Assembly (NCBI GenBank): GCA_004431415.1
Contig: QPMI01000534.1
Coordinates: forward strand, 124,001-188,000
Length of the DNA stretch: 64,000 bases
Direction of reading: 5' to 3'
Source of the DNA: Cyanophora paradoxa CCMP329
Taxonomy: Eukaryota; Plantae; Glaucophyta
The position numbers and the translations under genes are program-made. Under the pieces are notes generated by a model. The model was given only the letters and a program-made list of their open reading frames with translations, did not search any database and was not told the origin of the DNA. Shown in pieces: positions 22,440 to 34,992 of the stretch (position 1 is its first letter; every line of letters starts with the position of its first letter).

Positions 22440-23560
22440 CTAGGCAGGCAGCATTCATAGTAGTAGTGACTTACTTTCCTTCCCGTAGACCTCTGGGTAG
22501 ACTTCCTTGTAGATTAGTCTCGAGCTATGCACTATGTAGACCTCTATAGCTATGTTCTGGGTTAGATTGCTATAGCTGCGGGGGTACCTCCGCCGCCGTG
22601 TTCGGCGCCGGCTGTCAGTACTTTGCTCGGTAGCTCCCCCGTCGTGGCTCCTCGGGGGCCTCTTCGTCGTCGTCGTTCGCTGGGTTCCGGCTCCGGGTCA
22701 GATTTCTCGCCGGGCTTACCTTCTCCTGGCTCTGCTCCTGGGCCCTCAGCTCCGGGACCGGCTTCCCGATCTCCTCCCGGACTCGTGGTCGTACCCGTCG
22801 CCGGCTTGCCGAGCCTGCGGCTCCTTCTACTTCCCCCGGCGGTTTGCCGGGCCGGACCCTCCGGCCTTTGTTCTTGATACCGGACTGCCGCCTTTGCCTT
22901 CGTCTTCTGCTTCGCTGGTCGCGATCGTATCCGCCGGCGCCGGCGTACTTCTTCGTCTTCTAGTTTAGTTCGGTCTGGTTCGGATTCTGATCGTAGTGTT
23001 GATGCTAGAGTTAGTTTCAATACTAGCTATAGTCCTCGTGCTCGACCTGTTGTTCGCCGTCGTTTGCAGTTCGATTGCCCGCCTCGACCCCGGCCGGCTT
23101 TAGTGATTCCTTTGACTGTTCTTTTGCCTGCTCTTGATCCGCCTGCTCCGCCTCCTGTGTCCTCCTCGACCTCGTGCCGTAGCTCTGCCCTTTCGCATCG
23201 TCCTGCTTCGCCTCCGCCTCCATGTCGTCACGGCGTCTTGTTGTTCCTCTTACTTGTCTTCTTCCTGTTATTTATCTTTCTCAATTTTGTACCCCGCTTC
23301 TTAGTGATGTACTTCCTTCTGATATTGATGGTATCTCTAGCTCTGGCTCTTCTTCGTGTCAGTTATCCTCTGTCCGGATCCCTAGATCTGCTCGATTTAT
23401 CGTCTCTTCTCGCTATCGATATCGATCTGTCTCGAGCTCTGTGTCTTTCCTTTTTTATTGTCGATTTTGGCTCTTTGTCTTATCTTTCTTCGTGCTCTTG
23501 TCTTAGTTATTTTGCTTTTTTGTCTTTATGCCCCCTGGGCAGCCCCCGCAGTGCTGGTGT
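22440..23560 (-). other. Decayed, lower-GC, strand-skewed sequence; possible transposon remnant
   Basis: T/C-rich plus strand, TA/CTA/TAG-rich, with broken charged low-complexity frames on the minus strand and no intron pattern. Confidence 0.3.
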
Positions 23561-23616
23561 CTAGAGACTGTGGCCGGTAATTCACCAAAAAAAAATATAG
23601 CTTATATTTCTTTGAC

Positions 23617-23748
23617 TAGCTCCACCCTGTCCGATGGCTGATAGGTTCCCGACACGGCGTAACCAGTAGTCTCATCTCTCGACCTGACATTTTACGGATC
23701 CCTCAGCTCTATCCTTAGCCGTATTGTCTCGGTGTGTGCGAATTCATT
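23617..23748. repeat. ~125 bp dispersed element, copy 1 (direct repeat with 26766-26884)
   Basis: Conserved blocks TAGCTCCACCC-GTCCGATG, GTAG-CTCATCTCTCGAC-TGACA, TATCC-TAGCC and TTGTCTCGGTGTGTGCGAATTCATT. Confidence 0.85.
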
Positions 23749-24802
23749 GATAATAAATTTTTTTTTGACATTGTACAGGAGTCAGCGCGCGTATACTGTA
23801 GGATGGCTTTTTTAGCCGTACTTTTAAATTGCCGGCGCCGTATATTGCCGAGAGGCCGAATTCGGCAATTTTAAATTTAAACGACGGCAATATTAATGTG
23901 GCTCGTCCCCCCCCCCCCCCCCCCCGTCCCTCGGCGCAGCCGTAGGCGTTCGCGGCACAGTTTGAATTCTTCCGGCCGCGGGAGAAGCTCAAAGCTCTGG
24001 GATTCTTCCGGGAGAAGCTCAATACAGTGAGGGGCGGCGCTGGCCGCATCTCGGTACGCCCTCTTCTTCCCCAAACTTCTCAGAGTCACCACCCTTTTCC
24101 TGCCGTCCTGCAGGTCCGGCGGTCGCGAGACGAGCTGCGTGTCCACGCGTCGCCGGCGGTGCGGGGCGGACTGACCGCGATGCAGCCAGGTCGGCCCCCT
24201 CGCGTCGACCGTTGGAGGGGGGTACACGCTTCACGGCGGCGGGGTACGGGGGCGAGGTCGGCCCCTCTCGGCTCCCCTTCTACACCAGCGAAAATACATT
24301 GAAGAGGTGCGTGCGCGCGGCGCCGCCGTACCCCAACGCCCCTTTGGACGCTGACCGTGATGCAGTCATCCCCGCCCCCTACCCGCAGGCCGTGGGCGAG
24401 TCTGGGTACGGCTTTGTGAGGCGGCGGCGCTGACAAAGGGGCAGATCTAGAGGCCGGTCGTAGTTTCGGACACTGTAATTTACATTAAACCAAGGCTCTG
24501 CGCACGCCTTTGAAGGGCTCGCTCAGGCTGCTGCTCCCCGAGCACATCATGTGACATTCCGCGGCTTGGGCAGCCCGGCGTTCTCAGCCACGAGCCGGAG
24601 ATTCTCGCGCTTTACATGCGAGGTAAGAGGTAAATGCAATGGATAGTAGCACAAAGATAAACAACGGAGGATTAACACACCTCCAACTCTTCAACCCTCT
24701 TCTTGTACTCCTTTTCACGCTCCTCGGCCTGCAGATGCCGCAGTGCAGTGCTAAGGTGCCATGATGGCGGAATTCACTGACGTAGACGTACCGCGGCAAC
24801 CT

Positions 24803-25093
24803 GCTTCTCCGCCTGCCGTTTGCGTTAGCCACCGGGGTGCCAGGGATGGAAATCGCGCACCGCAGCGACCTTGTCTGCAGCCCCCTTCTCCGCCTGCCGT
24901 TTGCGTTAGCCACCGGGGTGCCAGGGATGGAAATCGCGCACCGCATCGACCTTGTCTGCAGCCCGCTCCTTCACCTGCCGTTTGCGTTAGCCACCAGGAC
25001 GCCAGGGATGGAAATCGCGGACCGCAGCGACCTCCTTGTCCGCCCGCTCCTTCACCTGCCGTTAGCGTTATAATTAGCCACCGGGACGCCAGG
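24803..25093. repeat. 81 bp minisatellite, ~3.6 copies
   Basis: cctgccgtt(t/a)gcgtt starts at 24812, 24893, 24974 and 25055 (period 81). Confidence 0.93.
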
Positions 25094-25747
25094 GCGAGGA
25101 CCGAGTTCTTTCCGCCACTGACCTCCTTCAGATTCTGTCCGGGAAATGAGTCGGTACGATTGAGTACTATAGCTAGTGCGGCGGGGAGGTCTCGACTTCG
25201 AAGCTCGGCATATACGCACGTTTGTAGCAATGTTGTAGCCGAACCCGGCTGCTGCAACGAGCAAGGCTGCACTCACGCCAATCATCCCCGCTGCTGAGAC
25301 CATGGGGTTGCTGCTCGCGACTGCCGTGGAGCTGACTTGGGCGACAACGAAGACAAGCGCAGCAGAGAGGATCACGGGAGCGAGGTCAGCCGCATCGGAG
25401 CTCCACCCTATCGATTTATTCGGCTCTGCCTTCTCCGGCTGCGGCTCCGGCTCCGGCTGCGGCTTCTCCGGCAGAACCGCGCTGATGTCGAAGGCCCTCG
25501 GCAGACCCGCGCCGGCGCTGCGTGCACGCGGCGCGCTCACCCGATGAGATGGAAAGAAGATCTTTGCACGCGCCCCGAACACGCGTCGGACGCGCGCGGT
25601 TGCGGCTCGCGTGCGCGGCGCCGGCTGCAGGCTGCTCCAAGTTGGTGTGGCGACGCCGGCGCCGGATGTGACGCCGACGAGGCCAGGTGCCGGCGACGCG
25701 GGCGCCGCGGGCGCCATGAGCGTGGCGAAGGCTGCAGCTCGCAGCAT
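25050..25747 (-). pseudogene. 5' fragment of an organelle-targeted membrane protein gene, possibly an MscS-like paralog
   Basis: MLRAAAF.. followed by an Ala/Arg/Ser-rich transit-like leader, a PEPEPQPE linker and hydrophobic exons (VILSAALVFVVAQ; GVSAALLVAAAGFGYNIATN; LALASRWLIITLTA). It ends in the 81 bp array. Confidence 0.4.
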
Positions 25748-25789
25748 TTCTCGGCTGCGCTGCGAATTGGCCCGGTTCGGGTACGGAGA

Positions 25790-26735
25790 TCAGTGAAGGC
25801 ACAGTCGCCGTACCCCCCCCATCCCTTGCTCGTCTTGCGCGATCCGCGGCTCACGGGCACGCGCGGCGCGCCGCGACGCTGCAGTCGCATCCTTTGTCGA
25901 TGTGGTGCGCGTTGTAATCGTCGGAGCGACTCGGCACCGCCTCGGCGAGCCGGACCGTCCGCCCGTTGGTGCCCACCGGTGCGCTAGGCTTGCCGAGCCT
26001 GCGGTCATCCTGCGTGCGGCCCCTCGGCCGTCAGCGCGGCTTGGGGGGGCGTCGCGCCGCCGGGTGCCCCGAGCCGTCCCGCCGCCGCGAGAAGACGACG
26101 AGGACGGGGCCGAGGTCGACGGGAGGCCCAGTAGCTCCATCACGCGCTCGGGGCCGTTTCGGATCTCGACGGTGCCGTTCCGGCCCTCGTACTCGACCGG
26201 GAAGAGCGCCGAGGGCGCGCCCCACTCGTTCGGTCCGCCCTCTCCGCTTGGCGCCCACGCGTTGCCGAACCTCTTGAGCACCACGAAGCGTGACTCGCAC
26301 TCGCCGCTCGGCAGGTCGACCATCTGGACGAGGCGAGCGAACCAGACGCCGGGAAGGGGGTTTGCCGCGTGCGTCGCGAGCGCCGCCACGTGCACCACCT
26401 GCCCCGCCGCAAAGGGCGAGGCCGACCGCCAGCGCAGGTGGTAAAGGGGCGGCGGCGGCTCCGCCGCGGCGACGGCGACGGGGGCGGGCTGCTGCGAGGC
26501 GCAGCGCCCACGCGCGAGGCCCAGGCCCCGCCGGCCGCGCCCACCGCGGAGGAGGCCGCGGGAGCAGTAGTGCTCGTGGGCCCACGCCCCGGCCGAGGTC
26601 TTGAATTCCTTGCGGTGCGTCGGGGCGGCGCGCAGGGCGGGGCGGCGGGGGGCGGCTCACCCGATCGCAGGGCGCGCAGTACCGCTGCTCGGCGATGGCG
26701 AGCTGGCCTCGCCGCAGGTGTAGGCAGTGTTTCTA
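25790..26735 (-). pseudogene. 3' gene fragment with C2HC zinc finger and a downstream beta-rich globular domain
   Basis: Spliced YCAPCDR|EFKTSAGAWAHEHYC (C-x2-C-x12-H-x3-C); next exon VHVAALATHAANPLPGVWFARLVQMVD... No start codon is evident before the 26766 element. Confidence 0.5.
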
Positions 26736-26765
26736 GGCAGGTATAGGCACCTTTCTCCAGTACAA

Positions 26766-26884
26766 TAGCTCCACCCGGTCCGATGTCCCAAAGGCTTGTT
26801 CCCGTAGGCTCATCTCTCGACTTGACACAGATGGACACTGCAGTCATATCCCTAGCCATTTGTCTCGGTGTGTGCGAATTCATT
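26766..26884. repeat. ~125 bp dispersed element, copy 2
   Basis: Same conserved blocks as 23617-23748, with different spacers. Confidence 0.85.
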
Positions 26885-27051
26885 TGTAGAGTGCTTCCGC
26901 AGGGACCCCTCCCCCCGCCCTGGTTTGGGCGCCCCCAAATCCGGGGCCCTGCGCGCGCGCGCTTCGCCACAACCACGTATCCGCGGTGCGCGGCCCAGCC
27001 GCCTTTGCCCGCTCTTTGATATTCAATCGGAGGGTCTTTTTGAGCGTCACG

Positions 27052-30000
27052 TCAGCCACCCTGGACGCTGAGCCGATCCCGCAATGATCCCGCCCCCCGC
27101 CGCCCCGCCAACCACGTACCCCGGTACGAGGCCCGGCCCCCGCCTCCGGCCCTGGAGATGCCCGCCGGGGCCCTAGTGCCGCGCCCGGAGGGCCGCCCAA
27201 TCGCTTTGGGGGCGGCGCTGAACGCTGCTTCCGCAGGGACCACGCCCCCCGCCCCCCGCCGCCCCGCCAACCACGTACCCCGGTACGAGGCCCGGCCCCC
27301 GTCTCCGGCCCTGGCAATGCCCGCCGGGGCCCTAATATCGCGCCCGGAGGGCCGCCCAATCGCTTTGGGGGCGGCGCTGAAGCGCCGCGGCGCCCCCAGC
27401 GCCACCCCAAACTGAAGAAACGCTAAGAGAGGTAAAGGAGAAAGCGATCAATGGAGGACCTGGAGGGCGGCGGTGGCGGCGGTGACGGCCGCGTAGTGGG
27501 GGAAGGGGAGGCGCAGGATGTAGCACGCGAACTCCACCACCGAGACGGACGCCTGCGGGCGAGGGGGGAGACGGGGGCTCAGCGGCGGGCCGGCTTTTGA
27601 GTGCCGCTGGCTTCGCTTTGCAGCGTCGCGCAGGCAACGCTCTTCCTAGTTTGTTTGGGTGCCCTACACATCTAGATCTAGCGAGGAGAGAGAGGGGCCC
27701 AGCGGCTGTCTCCGCTTTGCAGTGGCGCGCGGGGATAAAGCAGCGCCGAGGCGGGCGGCGCTCCAGCGAGGTCTAGAGGGCGGGGGGCGGGGGCGCGGGG
27801 CGGGCTCTCCCTAGTTTGTTCGGGTGACTTATCCGTCTAGATCTAGAGGTCGCGGTGCTGGGCGGGGCGGTGCTGGGCGGGGACGGGGCGGGGTGGGGGC
27901 CGCCTGACCTCGAAGATGTCTGCGGGGGCAAGGGCGTGGACGGCGGCGAAGAGGGCGGTGTGCAGCGCCACCGCGAGCACCAGCGCCCCCAGCACCCCGC
28001 TGCACGAAGCAAGGGAGGGCGGAGGTCAGGCGGCGACGGCTGGGATCGGCTAGGATCGGCTACGTAGAGCTAGGGCCGCTAGGCCTCGGGGGGCGGGGCG
28101 GAGGCGGGGGCGGGGGCGGGGGGCGGGGGCGGACGGGGCGCGGGGCCGGAGGAAGGAGAAGGCGAGGGCCGCCACGTCCAGCGCCGCCACCACCCCGTAC
28201 CTGCGGGGCCGGGGCGTCAGCCGCGCCGGACTGGGGAGTCAGCCGAAGCTAGCTAGCTAGCTAGCTACACAGCGCTCGAGGGAGCCGTCGCCTCTCTAGT
28301 AGCAGAGCTTTTCTTCCTTTCATGTTTATGTATCAGACGGCGAGGAAGGCGCACCGGAGGGCGGCGAGGGCGGCGAAGGCGCCGGGGCCGGCGAAGCCCA
28401 TCGGGCGCCCCGTCTCCCCGAAGGGATCCCCGTGGCTCCACGGCCACAGCGCCCCCTCCCACTGCAGCAAAGCGCGTGAGAGGAATGGAAGAACAATGAG
28501 ATCTTATATAACAGAGAAAGGGTCTTTCTGATAGGATCTTATAACAGAGAAAGGTTCTTTCTGATAAGATCTTACAACGCGCCTGGACGAGGACGCCGCC
28601 GGCGGTGGCGTTGGCCCACAGGGCGCGTGGGGCCGCCTCCGCGAGGCCGGCGGGGTGCGCCCCCTCCAGCACCTAAAAATAGAATCGATCAGCGCGAGCG
28701 AAGAAGGCTTCCGAAGAGGGGGGAAGCTTCGTGCGCACGTGGACGGGCCCGGCGGCGGAGGCGCGCAGGAGCGAGGCGTCGGGCGGGTCGAACATGCGCC
28801 CCGCGTCGTACTCGCACCGCCCCGGCGAGCCTGCGGCAGGAAGAAGAGAGAAGGGGCGTGAGAGAGAAAGGGAGGGAGGAGGAAGGTTCGGGGGGGTACC
28901 GGGGGCCCAGGAGACGTTGGCCCAGCCCGACGCCACGAGCGCCTCGATGTCCGTGTACCTAAAAATAGAAGAAGAAGTGAGAAGGAGACGCGAGGAAGAG
29001 GAGAAAGATAGGGCACTTGAGGGTGGCCTCGATGCCGGAGGGGAGGGCGGGGGCGGCGAGGCGGCAGGCGACGCGCACGGGGCGCGCCCGCTCCCGCAGC
29101 AGGTACCGCGGCTACCAAAAAGAGAGAAGATTAGAAGAGAGCAAGAGAGGGGATCAGATTAGGAAGCTCCGACATGGGCGGGGCGAGATTAGATCATATT
29201 AGATTAGAAGGAGATTAGATCCTATTAGATTAGAAGGAGATCAAAGAAGGGGGGGGGAGGGGGGCGGACGTCGAAGAGGGCCCCCATGTAGAGGTTGGCG
29301 CAGAGGAGGAAGAGCAGGATGAAGCGGAGCTGCGGCCGGGGGCAGGAAAAAGTCAGTGGAAAAGCGGCGGGACGCAGCGGGGGGCAGACTGCCGAGCTTT
29401 GAAGCTTGGAAGGCGGGGCACCTGGGGCAGGCAGGAGCGCTGGAACTGCTCGCGGAAGGGCTTCTGGAAGGCCGCCAGCGTCTCCGCGTCGATCCGCAGC
29501 CGCCCGAACCGGAACTGCACCTGCCGCCGGATGTTCTCGTACCCGTCCTGCCGGCTGCATTTAGAACGGGGGTGGAGTAAATGAAGGGGAGGGGGGGAGC
29601 ACCTTGGCGGAGGAGCGGCCGGTGTGGAGGAAGGATTTGATCTGGCGCCGGCTCGCCGAGGTGAGCTTGGGGCGCCTGTGGGCCCCGCTCTGACCCGCCG
29701 CCGCCTTGGGCGAGCGCGCGGCGGCGGCGGCGGCGGCAGCGGCGCCTCCGGAGGCCTTTGGCGTGCGGACGGCCGGGAGGGCGGCGCCCCCGAAGGAGGG
29801 GGCGGACTCCAGGCTGCCCGAGGGGCTGCGGGCCGGCTGCAGGGCGGCGGCGGCCCGCACGAGGAGGTCCAGCGGGGTGGTCGAGGCGGCCGCGCTCCAC
29901 GTGGAGATGAGGCTCGGCCGGGCCGTGAACATCCGGCTCGTGGGGGCCCGCGGCGCCGCAGGTTGCTGGTGGTCCGGGATGGAGAGGAGCCCGGAGCCTC

Positions 30001-33000
30001 CTCGGGAGCCGGTGCCCCAGGAGGACTCGGACTCGACGGAAGAGACGGAGTTGGTGCGGGACCGGTTGGCGCCGTCGCCGAAGCCCGGCGGCCGCACCGA
30101 GACGCGCTCGATCGGCGTCATGATCCGCGCGAGCGAGAAGGCCCCCAGGAGCCGCCGGGCGGCGCGGAGGCCCCGCCGGAGCGGCGCCAGGGCCCGCTCC
30201 GCCACCGGGGAAGGGGCGGGGGGTACCGCGTTGAGCGGCTCGGAGGGGGAGGGCGGGGCCGGGGACGGGGCGCGGATGGCGGAGCGGGCGGGGGGCGGGG
30301 CGAGGGAGGGGAGGGATGGCGCCCGCGTGCGCCCCGTCTCGGACGCGCCCCTGTCGTCCCCTCCGAAGCGGACGCTGCTCCGGATCTTGGTGGACGCGTT
30401 GGGGGGCGCCGCGCGGAGGGGGCGCGGGCTCCCCGGGCCCCCGGCCGGCGAGGCGGGGGTCAGGCGCGCGGGGGCGGCCCGTGGCGGCAGCGGCGCCGCC
30501 GCCGCGTGCTCGATCGCAAGCGGGGCGAGGCGGCCGGGCGGCGGCGGCGGGGGCGGCGGTGCCAGCTGCAGGAGCGGGGCGCCCTCCTCGGAGTCCACCC
30601 CGCCGCCGGCGGTGGCGCGGCGCGAGACGCGGCGGCGGGCGACGGAGCCCGTGGAGGAGGTGCGGCGAGCGCCGGCGGAGGCGGAGGCGCGGCGGGCGCC
30701 GTCGGGCCCGAACTCGAACCCGTCCAGCAGCGGCTCGAAGATCGGCGCGTAGATCGCCCGCGAGGCGTGCGCCGGCGGCAGCGCCGGCGGAGTCGGCGCC
30801 GTCGGCGGCTCCAGAGGCTCCGGAGGGGGTACAGCGAGCGCCAGGGCGCCCCCCGCGACCACCACCAACGACGACGACGCCGGCCCCTCTTCACGGGCCG
30901 ATCCGGTTGCCGCCTCCGCCTCCGCCTCATCCGCCTCCGCCTCCTCCTCCGCCTCGCGCGGCGGCGGCGGTTGCGGGTCCCCCTCCTCGGCCCCGCGGAG
31001 GGCGGCCTGGGAGGCGGCGACGGCCTCGGGCGGGGGCGCGTAGGGCTGGATCGGGGCCGCCAGGAAGAGGCCCCTCGAGGCGGCCCGGGAGCCGGCGCGG
31101 AGGCGGGCCGAGAGCAGCGGCGGCGTCTCGCCCGGCGGGCGGCGCTTCAGCAGCACGGCGGGGACCCGCGCCCGCCGCGCCTGCGCACGCACGCGCGGCG
31201 TCAGAGGCGTGTACCGGCCTCGAGTGAGCTAACTAGCTCGCTAGCTAGCCGAGTCCTCGAGCAAGCTAGTCGGGCGTGGCCGGTAGAGCGGACTGCAGCC
31301 GAATTTCGAGGGAAATTTAAAGGGAATGCGGACCTGGACGTGGACCATGCGCTTGCCAGCGCACGCGTACTCCTCGTCGCCCACCAGCCGCTGCCCCCGC
31401 CCGAGCAAGCTCAGCCGGCGCCCGAGGACGCTTCGAGGGGGCGGCGGGTCTAAACGGCTTAAAACGCCGCTCAAACACGGTCCGAAGGCCCGAGCAAGCT
31501 CAGGTGGAGCCGAAGGGGCGGCGCGTTTAAACGGCTCGAACGCTAAAACGGCGGGGCGGACCTGGGCGCGCTCGGAGGCGAGGAGCTCGCCCGGGGGGCA
31601 GCTGGCGAGCAGCCGTGACGCCACGAAGAACGTCTCCCCGAACAGGTGGTACCTGCCCCGTCCCCCGGCCCGGCCCCCGCTCAGCTCAGCTCGGCCACGC
31701 TTCGCGGCTCTTGAGGGGCGGCCCTCTACGCTCTTAGCTTCCCCTCGCTCAGCCGGGCTCCCTCCGTGGCTCTCTTCGGGAGGCCTTTTAAGCTCTTAGA
31801 GCGGAATCCCCTTCAAAAGAGTTTCTGGTGGGCATTAAGCTAAGGACGTTAAGCTCTTTAAAGGTCTAAGGTCTATAGGCTTTAAGCTCTTTCACGCGAA
31901 TTTCCCTACGGCGCACCGCGGGCTCAGCAAAGGTCTAAGGGCCCTAAGCAGAGGTCTAGGGGCTCTAAGCTCTAGCTAGGACGAGGGGGCGCACCGCGGG
32001 CTGCTCTTGGTGGAGATGACGCCGGCGACGGCGGGGCCGGCGTGCAGGCCGCCCCGCACCCGCAGCAGCCGCCCGTCCGCCAGGCCCTGCCCCGAGACAT
32101 CGGCGGGGCGGCCGCGGATGAAGATAAGGCAGCTAGACGGGTTTCGTTTTCGATGGCTAGTTGGACGGATTGAGATGGAGTTAGCTCAAAAGCTTAAAGC
32201 TTTCTATACGGCATAAAGATCTCTAAGAGGGACGGAAGAGAGGGCCGCGCCTGCTCCTCGAGGGCCTCCTTCATGGCGTGCCAGAGCGCCGCCAGCCGCT
32301 GCACGTGCGTCTGCGCGGCCGAGCTCCCCGTGAGAAGCGGGGGAGGGGCGCTTCTTCTTCGTCTTCGTCTTCTTCGGGGGCGGACCTGGAGGGCCTCGCG
32401 CCTGCGGGGCGCCCCGGGCCCCGCCCCGGCCCCCGCCTCCCCCGGCTCGTCCTCCTCGCCCGGCCCGGAGCCCGAGCCCCCGCGCCCGCGCCGCCCCCGG
32501 CCGCTGCCTCCGCCGCCCCGGCGGGAGTCGTCCTCGCGCCCCGAGGCCTCCGAGGCGGCCCCGTCGCCGTCGCTCGCCTCCGCCTCGTCCGACGGCTGCC
32601 CGCAATCAGAAGAACGAAAGCAGGGAGGGAAAGGAGAAGGGGAGGGCGGACGCGGCGGCGGCGGGAGCTCGATTCCGGGGCGTCGGAGACGAGGTGGGAG
32701 GAGGAGGCGGCGATGTAGCGGTCCGCCACCGCGTCGATCTGCAACGCGTCGCGTGGGCGGGCGGGCGGGTGCAACGCGAAACGCAAGGCGCAGCTTTCCC
32801 CAGGACTGGCCACGCTTTTAGGCGGCGCCCGCTGCCCTCCGGCCCCGCCCAAATTTATTATCCCGCCCGCTCCCGTCCCCGGACGCAGGGCACCTTGTGG
32901 GCGCCGTGCTCCTTGACGAGGCGGTCGCAGATCGCCACCACGCGGTTGATCAGCCCCACGATCTGCCCCGCCGCGTCAGAAAGGGCGGGAGGCGGGAGGC

Positions 33001-34992
33001 GGGGGCGGGGCGCGGGGCGGGCCTTCTCGGGGGACGCGACGTTCTGCGCCGTGTACGCCGCGAACCTGCGCGGCGCCGCGGGGGCGGGTCCTCTCAGCCA
33101 GCCGGCAGCGGGGTGCGGGCGGGGCGCGGGACGGCTCGCACCCGGTGAGGTCGACGCAGAGGAGGGCGCACTCGGGGACGTCGTGCGCCACGATGCGCTT
33201 CCCCGCCGCGATCTCCTCCGCGATCCGCCCCGGCACCAGCCGCTGCAGGAGCGCGCGTCAGCAGAGGCGTAGGGGGGGGGAAGGGGGGGGTACCTGGAGG
33301 AGGGCGCGGGAGCGGCGCTCGGCGGTGCGGAGGCGCCGCTGCGTCAGGAACTCCGTCCGCGCCGCAAGCTCCTGTCGGGGCGAGGATCAGCGCGAAGTTA
33401 CATTTCGCACACGTAAGCTGATGCTGGGGGAGTGCCCGGAGCTAACGCGGGCGGGGCGGGGCGGGGCGGGCGCGCCTGCTGGTAGATGGTGATGAGGACG
33501 CAGATCCACGGGAAGAAGTTCGCCAGCAGCCAGAAGCCTGAAGGAAATCGGAATAAGAAGCTGAGCGTGAGGCGGGCGAGGAAGCGGCGGGCGTACCGAA
33601 GGCGTCGCCGAGGGCGCGGCCGCCGGCGCCCGGGCCGAAACGGGCCCAGTCCCCCGACATCACCCGCCCCAGGTGCACGCCCTGCCCGGCCGGCGCGTGA
33701 GCACAAGGATCTAGGCGTTGATTAAGACTAACTAATCAAGACTATGAAGACTAGGTGTGGAGCGGACCTCGACGAGGAGGACGACGAGGAAGTAGTGCCG
33801 GAACAGCGGCCGCGCCACGTACCCGTAGTACACCACCTGGGCGGTACGGTGTTAGAGGGGGCGGGAGGCAGGGGTGCGGGGGAAGCGGGCCGGGCGCGCC
33901 TGCATGAGCCCGCGGATGGTCGCGCCGTAGAGGGTGCCCCAGTAGTTCGCCTCGCGGACGATGTACCCCCCCAGGGCGATGAAGAGGCCGATGAGCATCG
34001 TGAAGAAGGCGTACGCGTTGTGGTTGGCGACGGGGGTGCGGAAGTACGTCGTGAGGAAGCCGCCCAGGAAGATGGGACACAGGACGCCGAGGAAGGGTAT
34101 GTACTCGCGGTTCGCGAGCCACGCCTGCGCGTCGAAGTCGAAGTACCGCTCCTCGTCCCGCTTCGCCCACGCGTAGATCCCCTGCGCGAAATCGATCCGG
34201 ATCAAATTCGAATTCGAATTCGAATTTTTGAATTCGAAATCGTGTACCTCGGCGAAGAACTGGACGAAGAGCATGACAGCGAGGACGCGCATCTGGCGGG
34301 AGGAACGGTCGTCGAAGAATCGCGAGTAGTCCGCCTCCAGGCCCCCGCCGCCGCCCCGGAACGAGAGCGCGATCTGCGCGGGCGCGCGGGGGAGGTGAGA
34401 AGGCGGGGGCGGGAGAAGCTGGAAGGGGCGGGGCAGCGAGCGCACCGGATTGATGCGGACTTGCTCGAGGTTGGGCGACTGCGCCGAGTCGAGGAAAAGG
34501 TGGCAGGAGCAGTCCGCCCGGACGCCCGCGTTGCACCTGCGCGCGCGCGCGCGAGTCGGGCGCGGGCGGGGCGGATGGGTTGCGGGCGGGCGCGCACTGA
34601 TCGGCGCAGAGTTCGCAGTGGCTCATCACGCGCCCGGCGTCGTCCTCGCCGCCCCAGAAACCCTTCTCCTTCGCCCACCCGACGAACCACGCCCGCGCCT
34701 CGCCGACCCGCCGCCGGGCCGCCTGCGAGCGAGCGGCGCCTCAGCGGAGCCGGAGAGTGCGCGAAGACGAGCGGCGCACCTCCCGAACGGCGGCGCCCCG
34801 GGCGAGCACCGAGCCGAGGAAGGACGGGCGCTCCGCCCCCAGGTCGCTGGCGGTGATGCTGCTCCGGGCGACGCTGGAGCGGCCGTTGGCCCCGCCGGCG
34901 TTCATGATGACCACGTGCCCCAGCTCCGCCGTCGACTCCGAGAGCGGGTGCACGGCCGCCGCCGTGGCCGCTGTCTGCGTCGTCCAGCGCAT
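27052..34992 (-). pseudogene. Truncated paralog of the two-domain cyclase (M1-C1-part of M2, no C2), reading into a repeat-derived tail
   Basis: Same exons as 10452-18025. At 27379 the frame FGVALGAPRRF runs into SAAPKAIGRPSG.. and stops at 27052. Confidence 0.75.
27094..27381. repeat. 159 bp tandem repeat, ~1.8 copies, at the duplication breakpoint
   Basis: ccgccaaccacgtaccccggtacgaggcccggcccccg..gagggccgcccaatcgctttgggggcggcgctgaa occurs twice, giving a 53-aa period on the minus strand. Confidence 0.9.

Noticed and set aside
24803-25093. 81 bp array as a CRISPR-like repeat-spacer array
   Set aside because: The whole unit is repeated, with no unique spacers. The context is eukaryotic and there are no cas genes.
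21346-27378. A single intact autonomous transposon or endogenous virus in the filler
   Set aside because: No RT, transposase, integrase, helicase or capsid motif was recognised, and no terminal repeats or target-site duplication bound the interval.
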